In this document: positions 21,040-32,180 of the stretch, piece by piece
Layout: each line of letters opens with the position of its first letter
Numbering within the stretch: position 1 is the first letter of the stretch
Source: Chlamydiales bacterium
GTDB taxonomy: Bacteria; Chlamydiota; Chlamydiia; Chlamydiales; JAAZZY01
Direction of reading: 5' to 3'
NCBI GenBank assembly: GCA_965206695.1
Contig: CBDBKM010000002.1
Location: 178,938-242,937 of the forward strand
DNA length: 64,000 nt
Translations under genes and position numbers: made by a program
The notes under the pieces: generated by a model
The model's input: only the letters and a program-made list of their open reading frames with translations
The model's database searches: none
What the model was told of the DNA's origin: nothing

Positions 21040-21803
21040 AAAGAACGCTTTAAATTTTTATCTAAAGCATACGAGTCAAGATCCGCCAACATAAAAAGAG
21101 ATACTCCATGAATTGTCCTTAAGGGGGGCGGCTCATAGAGCTTCATTAGATATGGCAACTCATAAAGATCTGCTTCTGCAATAATGATTAATTTTATTTG
21201 CTTGCATGCTTTCAATAATTTCTGCCAAACTTTAGCCGTATCAATAGAATCCCCTATAACAGAAAAAGCCGGAGCTAAGTGCATATTGATCGCATGAGTT
21301 AAATTTTTAATAAGATCACTTGTATTTAAACTGCTTTGGATTAATAAGACTTCCATATCTTTATATTGTTCAAAATCAAGATTTAAATCCTTTTCAATCG
21401 ACTCAAATGTGGCTGTTTCATCTATGATTTCGATATTAGGAAATATTTTTGAAAAAATGACTTTTACATCTTCAAAAACTTCTTCTTTTATCTCTTCAAC
21501 CGATTCAACGGCAAAACTCGTCTCTATTTTGATCTCAGGAATTTCCGGAGATTCTGTTGTTTCTATTGTCGTTGGATTTAGAACACTCGATTTCGTTTGT
21601 ATAGAATCTTGCAAATTAGAGAGTAGCTTAGTTTCTTTTTTACTAACCTGTACATGATTCTTTTTAACAACACTTTGCTTAAAAAAATCGCAAAGTAACT
21701 GATCACTGATAATATTATCTTTAAAACTATAGTTTTCTTTAATCCATTGCTTAGTAAGAGAAATTAATTGCTTGTATTCATTTTGAGAATTCATTGTCAC
21801 CAC
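21012..21803 (-). CDS. Hypothetical protein upstream of priA
   Basis: 263-aa ORF overlapping priA start; C-terminal KRSLW. Confidence 0.7.
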   Translation of the reverse strand: MVTMNSQNEYKQLISLTKQWIKENYSFKDNIISDQLLCDFFKQSVVKKNHVQVSKKETKLLSNLQDSIQTKSSVLNPTTIETTESPEIPEIKIETSFAVESVEEIKEEVFEDVKVIFSKIFPNIEIIDETATFESIEKDLNLDFEQYKDMEVLLIQSSLNTSDLIKNLTHAINMHLAPAFSVIGDSIDTAKVWQKLLKACKQIKLIIIAEADLYELPYLMKLYEPPPLRTIHGVSLFMLADLDSYALDKNLKRSLWENLKKVL

Positions 21804-21830
21804 CCCACTATGAGCGGGCCACTAATCCTT

Positions 21831-22607
21831 TTAGTTGCCAATAGAGCAAGACTCCAACTTAGACATATGAGTGGAAATTGAAGAAAGGAGATTGTCAAAG
21901 CCTCTTTTTGCATATTTTTCCAGAATTAAACTACCGGCTTCCTTTATTCCTTTAGGATACATCTTTTTTAAGATCTTTACAACAAACTCCGTCTTATAAA
22001 GAGCATCAAATTTTTCTCTGTGACGCAATAAAAAATACAAAACATTTTCATCTTCACGATATTGCATAATGATACGCAATATTAATCTGGAAACACGACG
22101 CATATTATCTATTAAACGATCCAAAAGTTGATAAAGAGCAACATAATTTGGTACTCGATTAGAATCTTGAGGTTCTCGTTGCAGAGAAAGAATCACTTCT
22201 CTTGATTGTAATGAACTATGAAATGCCTTACTAACGCAGACATTCATATTGATAATGTCTTTATCCTCAGCAGAGGAACGGTTTGTAAAAAGATAACAAT
22301 AATGACGTAATTTATTCAGGCTCCCTTTCTCTGCTGCCCAAGAAACACTCTGCTCACTTACAATCACCATTTGAGATCCCGTTAAAGCCGGAATAGCATG
22401 AAGCAACTGAGTCAAATAGCTATTAGCACCACCTCTTAAACGTTGTTTAATAAGATTTGATTCCATTTGATCGTAAGCATTTTCAATTTCTTGTACCTTC
22501 TTAAAAGAAGATAAAAATTCAGCTAAAATAAACTGAAACAAGAGACTGTTACTCTGGCAATAGATATTTAGATTAGTGTCTGTAGGCGCACTGACTGCGT
22601 TCATCAC
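21831..22607 (-). CDS. Hypothetical protein (probably chlamydial conserved)
   Basis: 258-aa ORF in operon; ENVLYFLL and Y..RGF motifs. Confidence 0.7.
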   Translation of the reverse strand: MMNAVSAPTDTNLNIYCQSNSLLFQFILAEFLSSFKKVQEIENAYDQMESNLIKQRLRGGANSYLTQLLHAIPALTGSQMVIVSEQSVSWAAEKGSLNKLRHYCYLFTNRSSAEDKDIINMNVCVSKAFHSSLQSREVILSLQREPQDSNRVPNYVALYQLLDRLIDNMRRVSRLILRIIMQYREDENVLYFLLRHREKFDALYKTEFVVKILKKMYPKGIKEAGSLILEKYAKRGFDNLLSSISTHMSKLESCSIGN

Positions 22608-22726
22608 TAAAGATCCTTTATGTTAATATTACAAGCCTATTGGGGCTTACTTCATAACAAATCGAAGAGAAAAGTCACAGAAAAAAAATAGTTATACCTA
22701 ACAACTAAAGCTTAAGTCATTATTGC

Positions 22727-24073
22727 TTAAATAATATCCGAAACCATTTTTTTGGGCTCTTTTGTAGGCTCATTGTCAAGTTCAAATACTATTTCTTTAC
22801 GTAGTCGATAAATTCCACAAACATTAATGATCATTAATAAACCACCGAAAATAGACATAATGATTAAAGCCTTGGAAGCATCAAAAAAGGGAAAAAGGAT
22901 GAGAGAAAAAATAGCATAACCATAATAAAATCGTTTGCCCTTTTTAGGAGAAATCAAATTAGCGCATTTTAGGCCCACATAGAGATAGGTAATAACAGTA
23001 GAATATCCCAAAAGAAAAAGGAAGACAGGCATAAAATATCTCATAAAAGGAAAAAAGCGATTTAATGCCTCTTGAACAAGCAAAGATGATGAAATAGGTT
23101 CATGCCAAATACCTGTTAAAAGAATAAGCAAAACACTTAGAGTACAAACGATAAAAGTATCTAAAAAAACACCAAAAATAGCCAATGATGCTTGAATTGA
23201 GGGACGTGTTTCCTGAGATTCGCTATGTACTATAGATGCATAGCCGATGCCTATATCCCCTGAATAACAACCTCTTGCTATTCCTTGTGACATCGTTAAT
23301 AGAAAGTAACTTCCTGCAAAACCGCCAATTGCTGCATGACCGGTAAAAGCGGATTTGAAAACGACAGACAATAGACCGGGGATGACGTCGGCATATTGAA
23401 AAATCACCCGGACGCTCATGATTAAATATAAAGTAAGAAACAATGGGATAATCACGGAACAAATCTTTCCGACCCTTTTTATCCCTCCACCGGCTCCCCA
23501 TAAAACTAATAATAAAAGGACCGCCACTACAAGAAAACGGTTGCAATGCCAATTAATTGAAATACTGTCTGCAACAACCCCAAAAATGTAAATCTCTACA
23601 CCGTAGACGCAAAGAAGAACTGTGACTACATTCGGTACCCATTTATTCTTAAAAGCCTTCTTTAAAAAAAACATAGGTCCACCGTCATATCCCCCTTCCT
23701 TGTTAGGTTGACGATAACGAATCCCTAAGTACACTTCAGAATACTTGATAATCATGCCGAAAAAAGCAGCTATCCATGTCCAAAAAAGAGCCCCCGGGCC
23801 TCCAAGTTGAACACTCGTAACAATACCGACAATATTTCCAACACCTATAGCTCCTCCGATAGCAGCAAAAAACACTTTTATAGGATGCGCTCCTTTCTGA
23901 TCAGCATCTTCTTTTTCTTTCAAAAAACTAAAAAATATACGCACAGTCTGAAAGAAACGCCTTATTTGCAAAGCACCTGATTGAACAGTTAAGAAGCAAC
24001 CTAATAAAATAATAAGGCCTGCACCGGCATAAGTCCAAAGGACACTATCTAAATTTTCAAGCAAGGAGAACAT
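22727..24073 (-). CDS. Alanine/glycine:cation symporter (AGCS family)
   Basis: GVGNIVG, GGPGALFW.W, GGPM, GG..R.G, DT.IVCT. Confidence 0.93.
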   Translation of the reverse strand: MFSLLENLDSVLWTYAGAGLIILLGCFLTVQSGALQIRRFFQTVRIFFSFLKEKEDADQKGAHPIKVFFAAIGGAIGVGNIVGIVTSVQLGGPGALFWTWIAAFFGMIIKYSEVYLGIRYRQPNKEGGYDGGPMFFLKKAFKNKWVPNVVTVLLCVYGVEIYIFGVVADSISINWHCNRFLVVAVLLLLVLWGAGGGIKRVGKICSVIIPLFLTLYLIMSVRVIFQYADVIPGLLSVVFKSAFTGHAAIGGFAGSYFLLTMSQGIARGCYSGDIGIGYASIVHSESQETRPSIQASLAIFGVFLDTFIVCTLSVLLILLTGIWHEPISSSLLVQEALNRFFPFMRYFMPVFLFLLGYSTVITYLYVGLKCANLISPKKGKRFYYGYAIFSLILFPFFDASKALIIMSIFGGLLMIINVCGIYRLRKEIVFELDNEPTKEPKKMVSDII

Positions 24074-24135
24074 CGTTTTTAATTAATACTTTTGATTTTA
24101 TTGAGATATGTTTTATCAAGGGCTCTTCTTTTAAA

Positions 24136-24609
24136 TCAATGACTTAAAACCTTAAATAATGAGTCATTTAATTTTAAAAAATCTTCTTTCCAATAATAAT
24201 GATCCAACAAATGATCCGCATCTCTTCCCAATATCTTACACGCTATATATAGAGCTTCAATAGAAGCTAATCCCACTTCAGGATCCGGACACCCGGTTTG
24301 TTTTCTGGGATACGCCGTAACAAAGCCTTTTGGAAGAGAGCGTTTTTCTATATGAACTGTCGCTCTTACCTGTTTTTCCATAATCTCTACATATCGCCAA
24401 GTGCCGTCAATTAAGAACAATCCCTTATTATGATCTCCCGGAGTTAATAAAGGCCCTTCCATATGCAACATAAAATAGTTATCCAGATCAAATTCATCCT
24501 TTATAGGATAAGAATAAAACTGAAAACCTAATAAAGATTCCAATCCTCTTAAACTACACTTTTTCTTGTTTTCCTTTTTATGTCTTAAAATAATAATTAT
24601 GGGATTCAT
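24136..24609 (-). CDS. Tsr3/DUF367-like aminocarboxypropyltransferase-family protein
   Basis: KKCS, LIDGTW, RSLP...TAYP, LASIEAL motifs. Confidence 0.7.
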   Translation of the reverse strand: MNPIIIILRHKKENKKKCSLRGLESLLGFQFYSYPIKDEFDLDNYFMLHMEGPLLTPGDHNKGLFLIDGTWRYVEIMEKQVRATVHIEKRSLPKGFVTAYPRKQTGCPDPEVGLASIEALYIACKILGRDADHLLDHYYWKEDFLKLNDSLFKVLSH

Positions 24610-24870
24610 TTATTCTTAAACTTTTTATAAAGATTAAGAACATCTTACGATAAAGAAGAGCTTTTTATAAAGAATTTAAAAAATGAAAAGCTTTTTATGC
24701 ATAATCACCTATATACAATAGACTTATACAAAAAAAATCATCACATATTTTCAACAAAAATTATTGCTTTTAAAGCTCTTACATGGCATCATTCGAGTGT
24801 ATAAATTATTATTTTATTAACAGACAATGAAGTTATTGGTTAAATACTCATCAAAAACAAGGAAGCAAAT

Positions 24871-25455
24871 ATGTCATCACTATTAGTAGGTTTTGCTGCC
24901 GGACAAAACACAGCACCTAGCACTTCCGGACCTACTTCAGTTCAAGATGACGTTGAAAATGCCTTTGTTAACAGCGAACTTGGAAGTCAACCCACCACTG
25001 CAGACCTAACTAAACCGGTCACCACCCATCTTACAATCGATACCGTCCCACACCCCTCTTCTTCGATTTTGTTTAAGGAATTATTCCATACGGCTAATTT
25101 TGGGCTACACATAATGACTGTTGTGCTGAAACCTTTGGATTATGGGGTTGGTTTTGGTGTGGGTACTTTAAGTGCTCTTTATCTTTATATTACGGCTCAA
25201 CCTGAATCTGAAATTAAAATTTGGGATGACAAACTATCCGGTGAATTCAGCAAAAGTAAAAGCCTTTTAGACAAAGCCTTTTATCTTGGATCTCAGCTGG
25301 GAACCATACACCTACTTAGACACAATCCATTTCATTTTTTAGAATCGGCTTTATGGGCTACTCAAACTCTATTTGCCGGCTATAAAGGATACTCAATGGG
25401 ACAAGACTTAACACAACGAACAATTGTTTGGCTTAACGGCTCGAATAAAATTTAA
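24871..25455 (+). CDS. Hypothetical protein, candidate secreted effector
   Basis: GGAAG RBS; S/T/P-rich N-terminus; hydrophobic patches. Confidence 0.6.
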   Translation: MSSLLVGFAAGQNTAPSTSGPTSVQDDVENAFVNSELGSQPTTADLTKPVTTHLTIDTVPHPSSSILFKELFHTANFGLHIMTVVLKPLDYGVGFGVGTLSALYLYITAQPESEIKIWDDKLSGEFSKSKSLLDKAFYLGSQLGTIHLLRHNPFHFLESALWATQTLFAGYKGYSMGQDLTQRTIVWLNGSNKI

Positions 25456-25487
25456 TATCTACAATATAACTTAAGGAAGATATTGTT

Positions 25488-26156
25488 ATGGTAACTCCCT
25501 CCCCCTTACCACGAAGTTTTTTGACTACTGTTGCAACAGGAATACTATCACCTCTAAGCTATATAGGTTGCCAGCTTGTTGACAATACCCTTAAAGTAGG
25601 AGCGTCAGCTCTTTCTGCATTTCCCTGCAATATTTTTATCAGTTATAATCTGGCCTACCTATTCGGATGGGAGAAAAGAATTCAACGCGCCGTATCTGAT
25701 ATATTTGGGCCTCTATCTAAGAACGTTAATCCTGATTCGACATGGGTAGATACAGGATATCAGTCGGCTGTACATAATCCTTTCGTTACATGGTTCACAG
25801 GAAACCATTCAACTGACGGCGCAGCACAACCTGCACATACAGATTCAAACCAAAAGCCCCCTCAGTTTGAACAAACTTTTCATAAGATGGCTGATGAAAG
25901 TGGATTTTTACAAGGAGCTAAAATCGCTTTTAACCCTATCTGCAATGCTGCTTATAATGGATTGCATGAATACGGTTTGGCTATTAGCTTCACAGGAATG
26001 AATTTAGCCGGTGGTTTAGCCTATCTAGCCTATCAAGAGGGCTCAACAACTGCTAAAGGCATAACATATACCCTTGCCTCTGCAGTGGCGCTAACCGCAA
26101 GCGTTGCCGGCTTATACTTTGCCGATTCGAATGGACCACAATCTCCTCCTGCTTAA
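25488..26156 (+). CDS. Hypothetical protein with C-terminal hydrophobic hairpin, candidate effector/Inc-like
   Basis: AAGGAAG RBS; MVTPSPLP N-terminus; two Ala/Gly-rich hydrophobic segments. Confidence 0.6.
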   Translation: MVTPSPLPRSFLTTVATGILSPLSYIGCQLVDNTLKVGASALSAFPCNIFISYNLAYLFGWEKRIQRAVSDIFGPLSKNVNPDSTWVDTGYQSAVHNPFVTWFTGNHSTDGAAQPAHTDSNQKPPQFEQTFHKMADESGFLQGAKIAFNPICNAAYNGLHEYGLAISFTGMNLAGGLAYLAYQEGSTTAKGITYTLASAVALTASVAGLYFADSNGPQSPPA

Positions 26157-26160
26157 TATT

Positions 26161-26496
26161 TCAATATAACAACAACGATCTAAATTCGTTTTGTATATCT
26201 TGCATCTTTGCTTTTTTAGCATAAGTCCCGGGTTTGATATTGATCATCAAGCCTTTAGGTAAATCGGGTAAACTTAGGCGAAAAGCCTCTCTACAAAGAC
26301 GTTTGAAACGATTCCTCTCATGAGATTTTCCAAAGCGTTTGGATACGGTTATACCTAGCTTTGTAGGAAAACCGTCATCATAAGATAGCTGTTTAATGAT
26401 AATGTATTGCCCTACTAATTGCTCTCCCCTTCTTCCAATAAGCCGGAAGTCGCGAGAAATTAGTATATGATTGATTTTGAGAAAGGTGTGCTTTAC
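26161..26496 (-). CDS. rnpA: RNase P protein component (not in ORF track; non-canonical start)
   Basis: Manual translation ...KLGITVSKRFGKSHERNRFKRLCREAFR; first codon GTA overlaps rpmH stop. Confidence 0.92.
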   Translation of the reverse strand, partial: VKHTFLKINHILISRDFRLIGRRGEQLVGQYIIIKQLSYDDGFPTKLGITVSKRFGKSHERNRFKRLCREAFRLSLPDLPKGLMINIKPGTYAKKAKMQDIQNEFRSLLLY

Positions 26497-26630
26497 TAAA
26501 CCGTTAATTCTTTACGACCTTTTGCACGACGTCTATTAAGAATTTTTCTTCCATTAGCGGTTGCCATACGAGCTCGGAAACCGTGAGTTTTTTTTCTTCG
26601 ACGCGTACTTGGTTGATATGTCCGTTTCAC
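26496..26630 (-). CDS. rpmH: 50S ribosomal protein L34
   Basis: GTG start; [33 protein letters not shown]. Confidence 0.97.
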   Translation of the reverse strand: MKRTYQPSTRRRKKTHGFRARMATANGRKILNRRRAKGRKELTV

Positions 26631-26783
26631 AATAAATTTCCTAAAAATATTTTCTAAAACTTTAGCATTATTATAGCTAACAATGTGCAAAAGAATCAAT
26701 AAGAATTCAAAAGGAAGACCGGCCAATGTAAACTTAAATTTTAATTATGCAAAAAAAACAACAAAGTAGAAACACCCTACCCC

Positions 26784-29471
26784 CTAATTATTAAGCCTCT
26801 CTTCAAGTTTGCGATAGAAAATTTTACCTGTTGCCATTAGAGGAATTGTTTTAATCGTATTAATTTGTGAAATCCGATAAAGGTTACTAAAACCGCCTTT
26901 CCTTACCAATTTATTCATCTCCTCTATCGTAGCATCAAAAGTCATAAATATATGAATTTCCGGCCTTGTATCTTCTTTTTCTTTAGAACAAACAGCCAGT
27001 GGCGGCCCATTATTATAGCTTGCCCAAGCTTTATCAATTACAGCTTTAGTTAAAGCATTTTCCAAAGCTGATAGGCTAACAATTTCTGCTCCTACTTTAA
27101 CAAGACGCTTCAAACGTCCCGTTAGTGTTAGAGATCCATCTGTATCTAAAAAGCCTAAATCACCTGTTTTATACCATTGCCGATCATTTATTATGATAAA
27201 TGGAGACTCTTCATTGCTAAGGTAGCCTTTAAATATATTCGGCCCTCTAGCTAATACATGACCTTCTTTTCCAAAAGGAACGATTCGATCACTCTTTATA
27301 TCGATAATACAAATTTCAATATCGGAAAGAGGTGGACCTACCCCTTTAGGGGGTGTGTTTGGAATATTAAGAGTTAATATCGGAGAGCATTCTGTGATGC
27401 CATATCCTTCTATAAATATAACTTTGGAATTCATTCCCATCATTAATTCAATTAAACTCTTAGGTGCTTTTTCAGCCCCCGATACCACGATCCTTAATGT
27501 TTTAAATGTTTCTTTATCAGCAGAATTGAATATCCCTTTCAAAAAAGTAGGGGCTCCACAAATAAAAGTTATATTCCATTTTTTAATAAGAGCAGCCATC
27601 GATTTATAATGGGTAGGATTGGAATAATAAATGACTCGCATACCGGAAATAAGCGGCAAAAGACCCGTTACCGCAAAACCAAAAGAGTGAAATGGGGGTA
27701 AAAAAGCCAAAACGACATCATCTAAGCGAGGTTTTGCCCGAATCATCGCAGCTTTAATATTACTCAATAAATTCTCATGAGTTAAAGGAACCCCTTTAGG
27801 TAACTTTTCTGAACCACTGGTAAAAAGAATAACCGCTCGATCATCTTTACTGACCTGCTGCAAACCGAAATATTTAATTATCGCATTGGCATTCATTTTA
27901 CTTAAGCGATTACCTTTTATTTTTTGCCAAATAGAAATCTTTTTTTTCAGATCCTCAATAGGAAGAATAAGATCATGAACTTTATCCAAATCGATATTAG
28001 TTAATGCCTCTAAAAATTTCTTAGAGCTTAAAACTGTTTTAATATGAGTATGACTTAACAGAGACTGAATATGCCCTTTTCCAACTGTCCAATTGATCAT
28101 AACAGGTATTTTACGGGCCAACAGACAAGCTAGGATCATAGCATTGACTATCACTGTTGAAGGCATTAATATACCGATTCGTTCTTCCGATATTTTTTTT
28201 AGTCTCTTAGCTAAAATAATAACTATCCGAAGAAACTTACGATAGGTTAATTGTCCCATTGTAGCATCGGCACAGCTCAGCTTCTCTGACCGAGCACAGG
28301 CCATCCTTATAAAAACTTCACCTATATTCTCACCTTCAGGGATAAGACACTCTTCGTCAATTTCATATTTTCCCCATGCAACACTGACATCTTCATTATT
28401 AACTTCAACCTCTTGATGCTTCTCTGAGTCAGATGCTATCTGCATCACTTTTGCAACAGTCACTAAATCTTTTGGTCTAATATTCCTGGCCCCATAATTT
28501 TCCTGAAGAAAGGTGACTACTTCTTGGGTATCTAAAGAATCAAAACGAAGATCTGCAAAAAGGCGCATATCAGATGAAACTTCTGAACGTAAGCATTTTG
28601 CAATACGTCCCAGCTCTTCTTGCACATGAAGTTTAATCCTATCAGAAATCTCGTCAAGATTGATATCTTCCATTTTAGAAGGAATAGGAAGGGGAACTTT
28701 TTGACTCCACATACTTAAAGAAACTAAGTTCAATGGCTCTCCTATCGATCCATCGGGATTCGGTGGATTGTAAAAGCGCTCAAGATATTCATTCATTTCA
28801 GTACGAGAAGCACAATAGGGGAAATCTTTTGGATTTGGGACAAATTCAATGTCTATATGCCGTTTCGGAATAAAAAAAATGAAATTTTTTATGATAGCCC
28901 ATACAGCTTCAATTGCTGTTTTATAAAAATCTAAATCTAAAGTGATTCCCTTAGAAAAGCTACTTCCCCATAAGCCTGTTGTTCGAACCAAGACGATATT
29001 AACATCGGGACATGCTTCAATAAGTTTGTGGATACCGGAAGTTCCGCCTAATATTTCATGAGGTGTTTTTTTTAATCGTCCTGCCGGATAAAAAAGAAAG
29101 TTCTCTCTTCTTTTCAGCCCATCAACAATCTCTTGGAATGATTCTTCTGCTTTCCTCAATTTGAAATGGGAGCCATTTACCTCCAGATCAGGAACAAAAA
29201 TACCTTTCATTAATACGATAAGATAGTGAACAACCGGTAGATTATATACCCACTCGACAACTAAAGGTCTTGGGCTAAATTTTCTCCATAAAGCAATACT
29301 AACAATTACAGGGTCAATCTCTGCGGGGTGATTCGGTAGAAATAAAATACCCGATTTTTTTGAAAAGTTTTCTAAAACCAGCTTTTCAAGCCCTTGAATA
29401 TGAGTTCTATAACGCAAGCTCAATAAAAACCGTGTCAACCAATATACGAAGAATCTTAAAAAAGCTAACAT
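26784..29471 (-). CDS. aas: Bifunctional acyltransferase/acyl-ACP synthetase with internal ACP-like domain
   Basis: PlsC NHP and YPAG motifs, FDSL, AMP-binding FTSGSEKLPKG, GYGITE, WYKTGD. Confidence 0.88.
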   Translation of the reverse strand: MLAFLRFFVYWLTRFLLSLRYRTHIQGLEKLVLENFSKKSGILFLPNHPAEIDPVIVSIALWRKFSPRPLVVEWVYNLPVVHYLIVLMKGIFVPDLEVNGSHFKLRKAEESFQEIVDGLKRRENFLFYPAGRLKKTPHEILGGTSGIHKLIEACPDVNIVLVRTTGLWGSSFSKGITLDLDFYKTAIEAVWAIIKNFIFFIPKRHIDIEFVPNPKDFPYCASRTEMNEYLERFYNPPNPDGSIGEPLNLVSLSMWSQKVPLPIPSKMEDINLDEISDRIKLHVQEELGRIAKCLRSEVSSDMRLFADLRFDSLDTQEVVTFLQENYGARNIRPKDLVTVAKVMQIASDSEKHQEVEVNNEDVSVAWGKYEIDEECLIPEGENIGEVFIRMACARSEKLSCADATMGQLTYRKFLRIVIILAKRLKKISEERIGILMPSTVIVNAMILACLLARKIPVMINWTVGKGHIQSLLSHTHIKTVLSSKKFLEALTNIDLDKVHDLILPIEDLKKKISIWQKIKGNRLSKMNANAIIKYFGLQQVSKDDRAVILFTSGSEKLPKGVPLTHENLLSNIKAAMIRAKPRLDDVVLAFLPPFHSFGFAVTGLLPLISGMRVIYYSNPTHYKSMAALIKKWNITFICGAPTFLKGIFNSADKETFKTLRIVVSGAEKAPKSLIELMMGMNSKVIFIEGYGITECSPILTLNIPNTPPKGVGPPLSDIEICIIDIKSDRIVPFGKEGHVLARGPNIFKGYLSNEESPFIIINDRQWYKTGDLGFLDTDGSLTLTGRLKRLVKVGAEIVSLSALENALTKAVIDKAWASYNNGPPLAVCSKEKEDTRPEIHIFMTFDATIEEMNKLVRKGGFSNLYRISQINTIKTIPLMATGKIFYRKLEERLNN

Positions 29472-29812
29472 TAATCTTTTCTCTCTCAGCGTCTTAATCG
29501 CAATAGCTCCACCCTATCATTTAACCCTAGAGAATGGCGCTAACTTCTCAATATTAATAAATTTTATTTTATTAACATATTCAAAAAAATAACGCGAACT
29601 CTAAATAGTCATAGAATAAATGACTTGGAAATCCACCCGGCCGGCTAAAACGTTTAATAAAATGAGATACACCTTCCATATCTAACGTTAAATCGGGATA
29701 GAATTTTTCTAGTGATCCTTCTAATTGACAGCTCCCAACCCTAAAGGGAAGGGATTCCTAATTCATCGACCACTGCTAACAAACAAGCTAGTCTAACATG
29801 ATCTCCCAAGGC

Positions 29813-30916
29813 TTAAATTACCGACTGCCCTGCGGTATCGAGATTAATAGATGCATTAAGATCTCTATCGTGTGTTACTTTGCAGTTTGGACACTGCCAA
29901 CTTCTCACACTTAAATCTAAAATTTCTATTTGGTACCGGCAGGCAGAGCATAGTTTTGAACCGGCAAAAAATTGATCTAATTCCACTATATTTCTTCCGT
30001 ACCATTCACACTTATACTTTAAAAATGTTAAAAACCGGCTCCATCCTGCATCCGATATATGCTTGGAAAGTTTTTTATTTTTTAACATCTTATTAATATT
30101 TAACCCTTCTATCGTGATCGTTTGGTTTTCACGAGCCAACTTTGTAGAAAGTTTATGATGAAAGTCCTGCCTTATATTTTTTATCTTCGAATGTATCGAA
30201 GCCACCGATCTTCTTTTTTTGAGTCTGTTTTTACCTTTGACTTTAGCTTTGCTAAGAGAACGTTGTTTTCTTTTTAGTCTTTTCTTATGAAATCTAAAAG
30301 GTTTAGGTGCCGTAATCTTTTTCCCTGTAGAAAGAGTTGCGAATGTCGTTAATCCTAAATCTATACCGACAGAATTATTTCTCTTCTCAAAAGGGATCAC
30401 TTCTTCTTCTACTAATAGGCTCACAAAATACCTGTCACAAGAGTCTTTTGTGATTGTTATACCTGTTGGTGTACCTAAAAAACACCTTGACCAATGTATT
30501 TTTAATCTGTCTTTAGATTTTGCAATCTTAAGATTAACCCCATCCCAACTAAATGCTGACTTAGTTAATCGTATTGCCTGCGTACTGTGTTTGTTTTTAA
30601 AGCGAGGGAAATTTGACCTTTTTTTAAAAAAGTTTAAAAAAGCTCTATCAAGATCTCTAAGACTTTGTTGCAGACAAACAGAAGAAACTTCGTTTAACCA
30701 ACGAAACTCTTTGTTTTGCTTAAGACTTGTCAAGAATACCGATGTTTTAGAATAACTTACATTCTCTTTGTATTCCTGATATTTCTTGATCTTAAAATTT
30801 AAAGCTTGATTATATACAACTCCGGAACATCCAAAGCTTTTTGCAAGCAACTCCTTTTGTTTTTTCGTTGGATAGAATCTAAATTTATATGCTTTTTTGA
30901 TCATCATGTATTGCAT
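29813..30916 (-). CDS. tnpB: RNA-guided endonuclease TnpB (copy 2)
   Basis: Differs from copy 1 at only a few residues; RuvC D/E/D intact. Confidence 0.95.
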   Translation of the reverse strand: MQYMMIKKAYKFRFYPTKKQKELLAKSFGCSGVVYNQALNFKIKKYQEYKENVSYSKTSVFLTSLKQNKEFRWLNEVSSVCLQQSLRDLDRAFLNFFKKRSNFPRFKNKHSTQAIRLTKSAFSWDGVNLKIAKSKDRLKIHWSRCFLGTPTGITITKDSCDRYFVSLLVEEEVIPFEKRNNSVGIDLGLTTFATLSTGKKITAPKPFRFHKKRLKRKQRSLSKAKVKGKNRLKKRRSVASIHSKIKNIRQDFHHKLSTKLARENQTITIEGLNINKMLKNKKLSKHISDAGWSRFLTFLKYKCEWYGRNIVELDQFFAGSKLCSACRYQIEILDLSVRSWQCPNCKVTHDRDLNASINLDTAGQSVI

Positions 30917-31063
30917 TATATGTCCGGTACATATATATTGTCTATCCGGAAAGACGGAAAACCTCTAAAACAGCAGTTTTTAACCTTAGTTACCATGTTA
31001 TTTGGTGTCCTAAATATAGGAGAAAGGTTCTTGAAGGTGATATTGTTGTTCGTTTAAAGGAAT

Positions 31064-32180
31064 CGCCCTTTCAACATTGAAGTGCAACAAATAGGAAGAA
31101 TTTGAAAATGGCCAAATGCCGGCAAAATCTCTATAGTAAATTTTTGCAAAAAAAAACTATGGAGGGATTTTTTATGCCTAAAGGCTACCGGCATTTAACC
31201 TACGAACAAAGGTGCCAAATATGTACTTTAAAAAAAAGAGGAGATTCTGTTGATTCTATTTCGCAGGAATTAAATGTTAATAAAACTACTGTTTATCGAG
31301 AGTTAAAAAGAAATAGCTATGAAGGCAGATATATCTATTTTGCAGCACAAATCAAAACTAAAAGAAGGCGTTCAAAAGCGAGCAGTAAAACAAAGAAAAT
31401 GACCCCTGAACTACTTATGAAGATAGAAAGTAAATTACTGCTTCAATGGAGTCCTGTTCAAATATCCGGTCGATTGAAAGAAGAAGAAGGCCTGCTTATC
31501 AGCCACGAAAGTATTTATCGTCATATTTGGAAAGATAAACGAAATTGGGGCAATTTATATAAAAATTTAAGACACAAAGGTAAGAAGTATAAAAAGCGAG
31601 GTTCAGATAAAGCAGGCCGAAGCTGTATTCCCAATAGAGTCGATATTGATAAAAGAACTTGTATTGTCGATGAAAAAACAAGAATAGGAGATTTTGAATT
31701 AGATACGATAATAGGCAAAAATCATCAAGGAGTGATTGTTTCTATTGTTGATCGTGCTTCTAAATATACGATGCTTATGAAGGTAAAGTCTAAACAAGCC
31801 CTCGGTGTTGCCGATGCTTTAATTACCTGTTTAAAGCCTGTTAAGGATAGAGTTCACACATTAACAGCAGATAATGGTTTAGAGTTTTCTCGGCATCAAG
31901 AAGTAAGTTCAACACTCAAAGCAGAGTTTTATTTTGCTAAACCCTATCATTCCCGGGAAAGAGGGTTGAATGAACATACGAATGGGTTAGTTAGACAGTA
32001 TTTGCCTAAGAAAACAAACTTTAATAATGTGACACAAGAGGATGTAAAAGAGATAGAAAAACTGCTTAATGAAAGACCCGGAAAAAGTTTGAATTTTAAA
32101 ACACCTATAGAGGTTTTCAATCCGAAGAATTTGTGCTATAATAGAGTACAAGTTTGTTGCACTTCATAGTTGAAAAGACA
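31064..32180 (+). mobile_element. IS30-family element (transposase to 32169, likely start ATG 31174)
   Basis: IR cores TTTCAAC..TGAAGTGCAACAA at both ends; WSP.QI, FELDTI, DNG.EF, NEHTNGLVR; ~25 bp of tnpA deleted at the site. Confidence 0.92.

Noticed and set aside
26631..26726. N-terminal extension of L34 in the ORF track
   Set aside because: Conserved L34 starts at GTG 26630.
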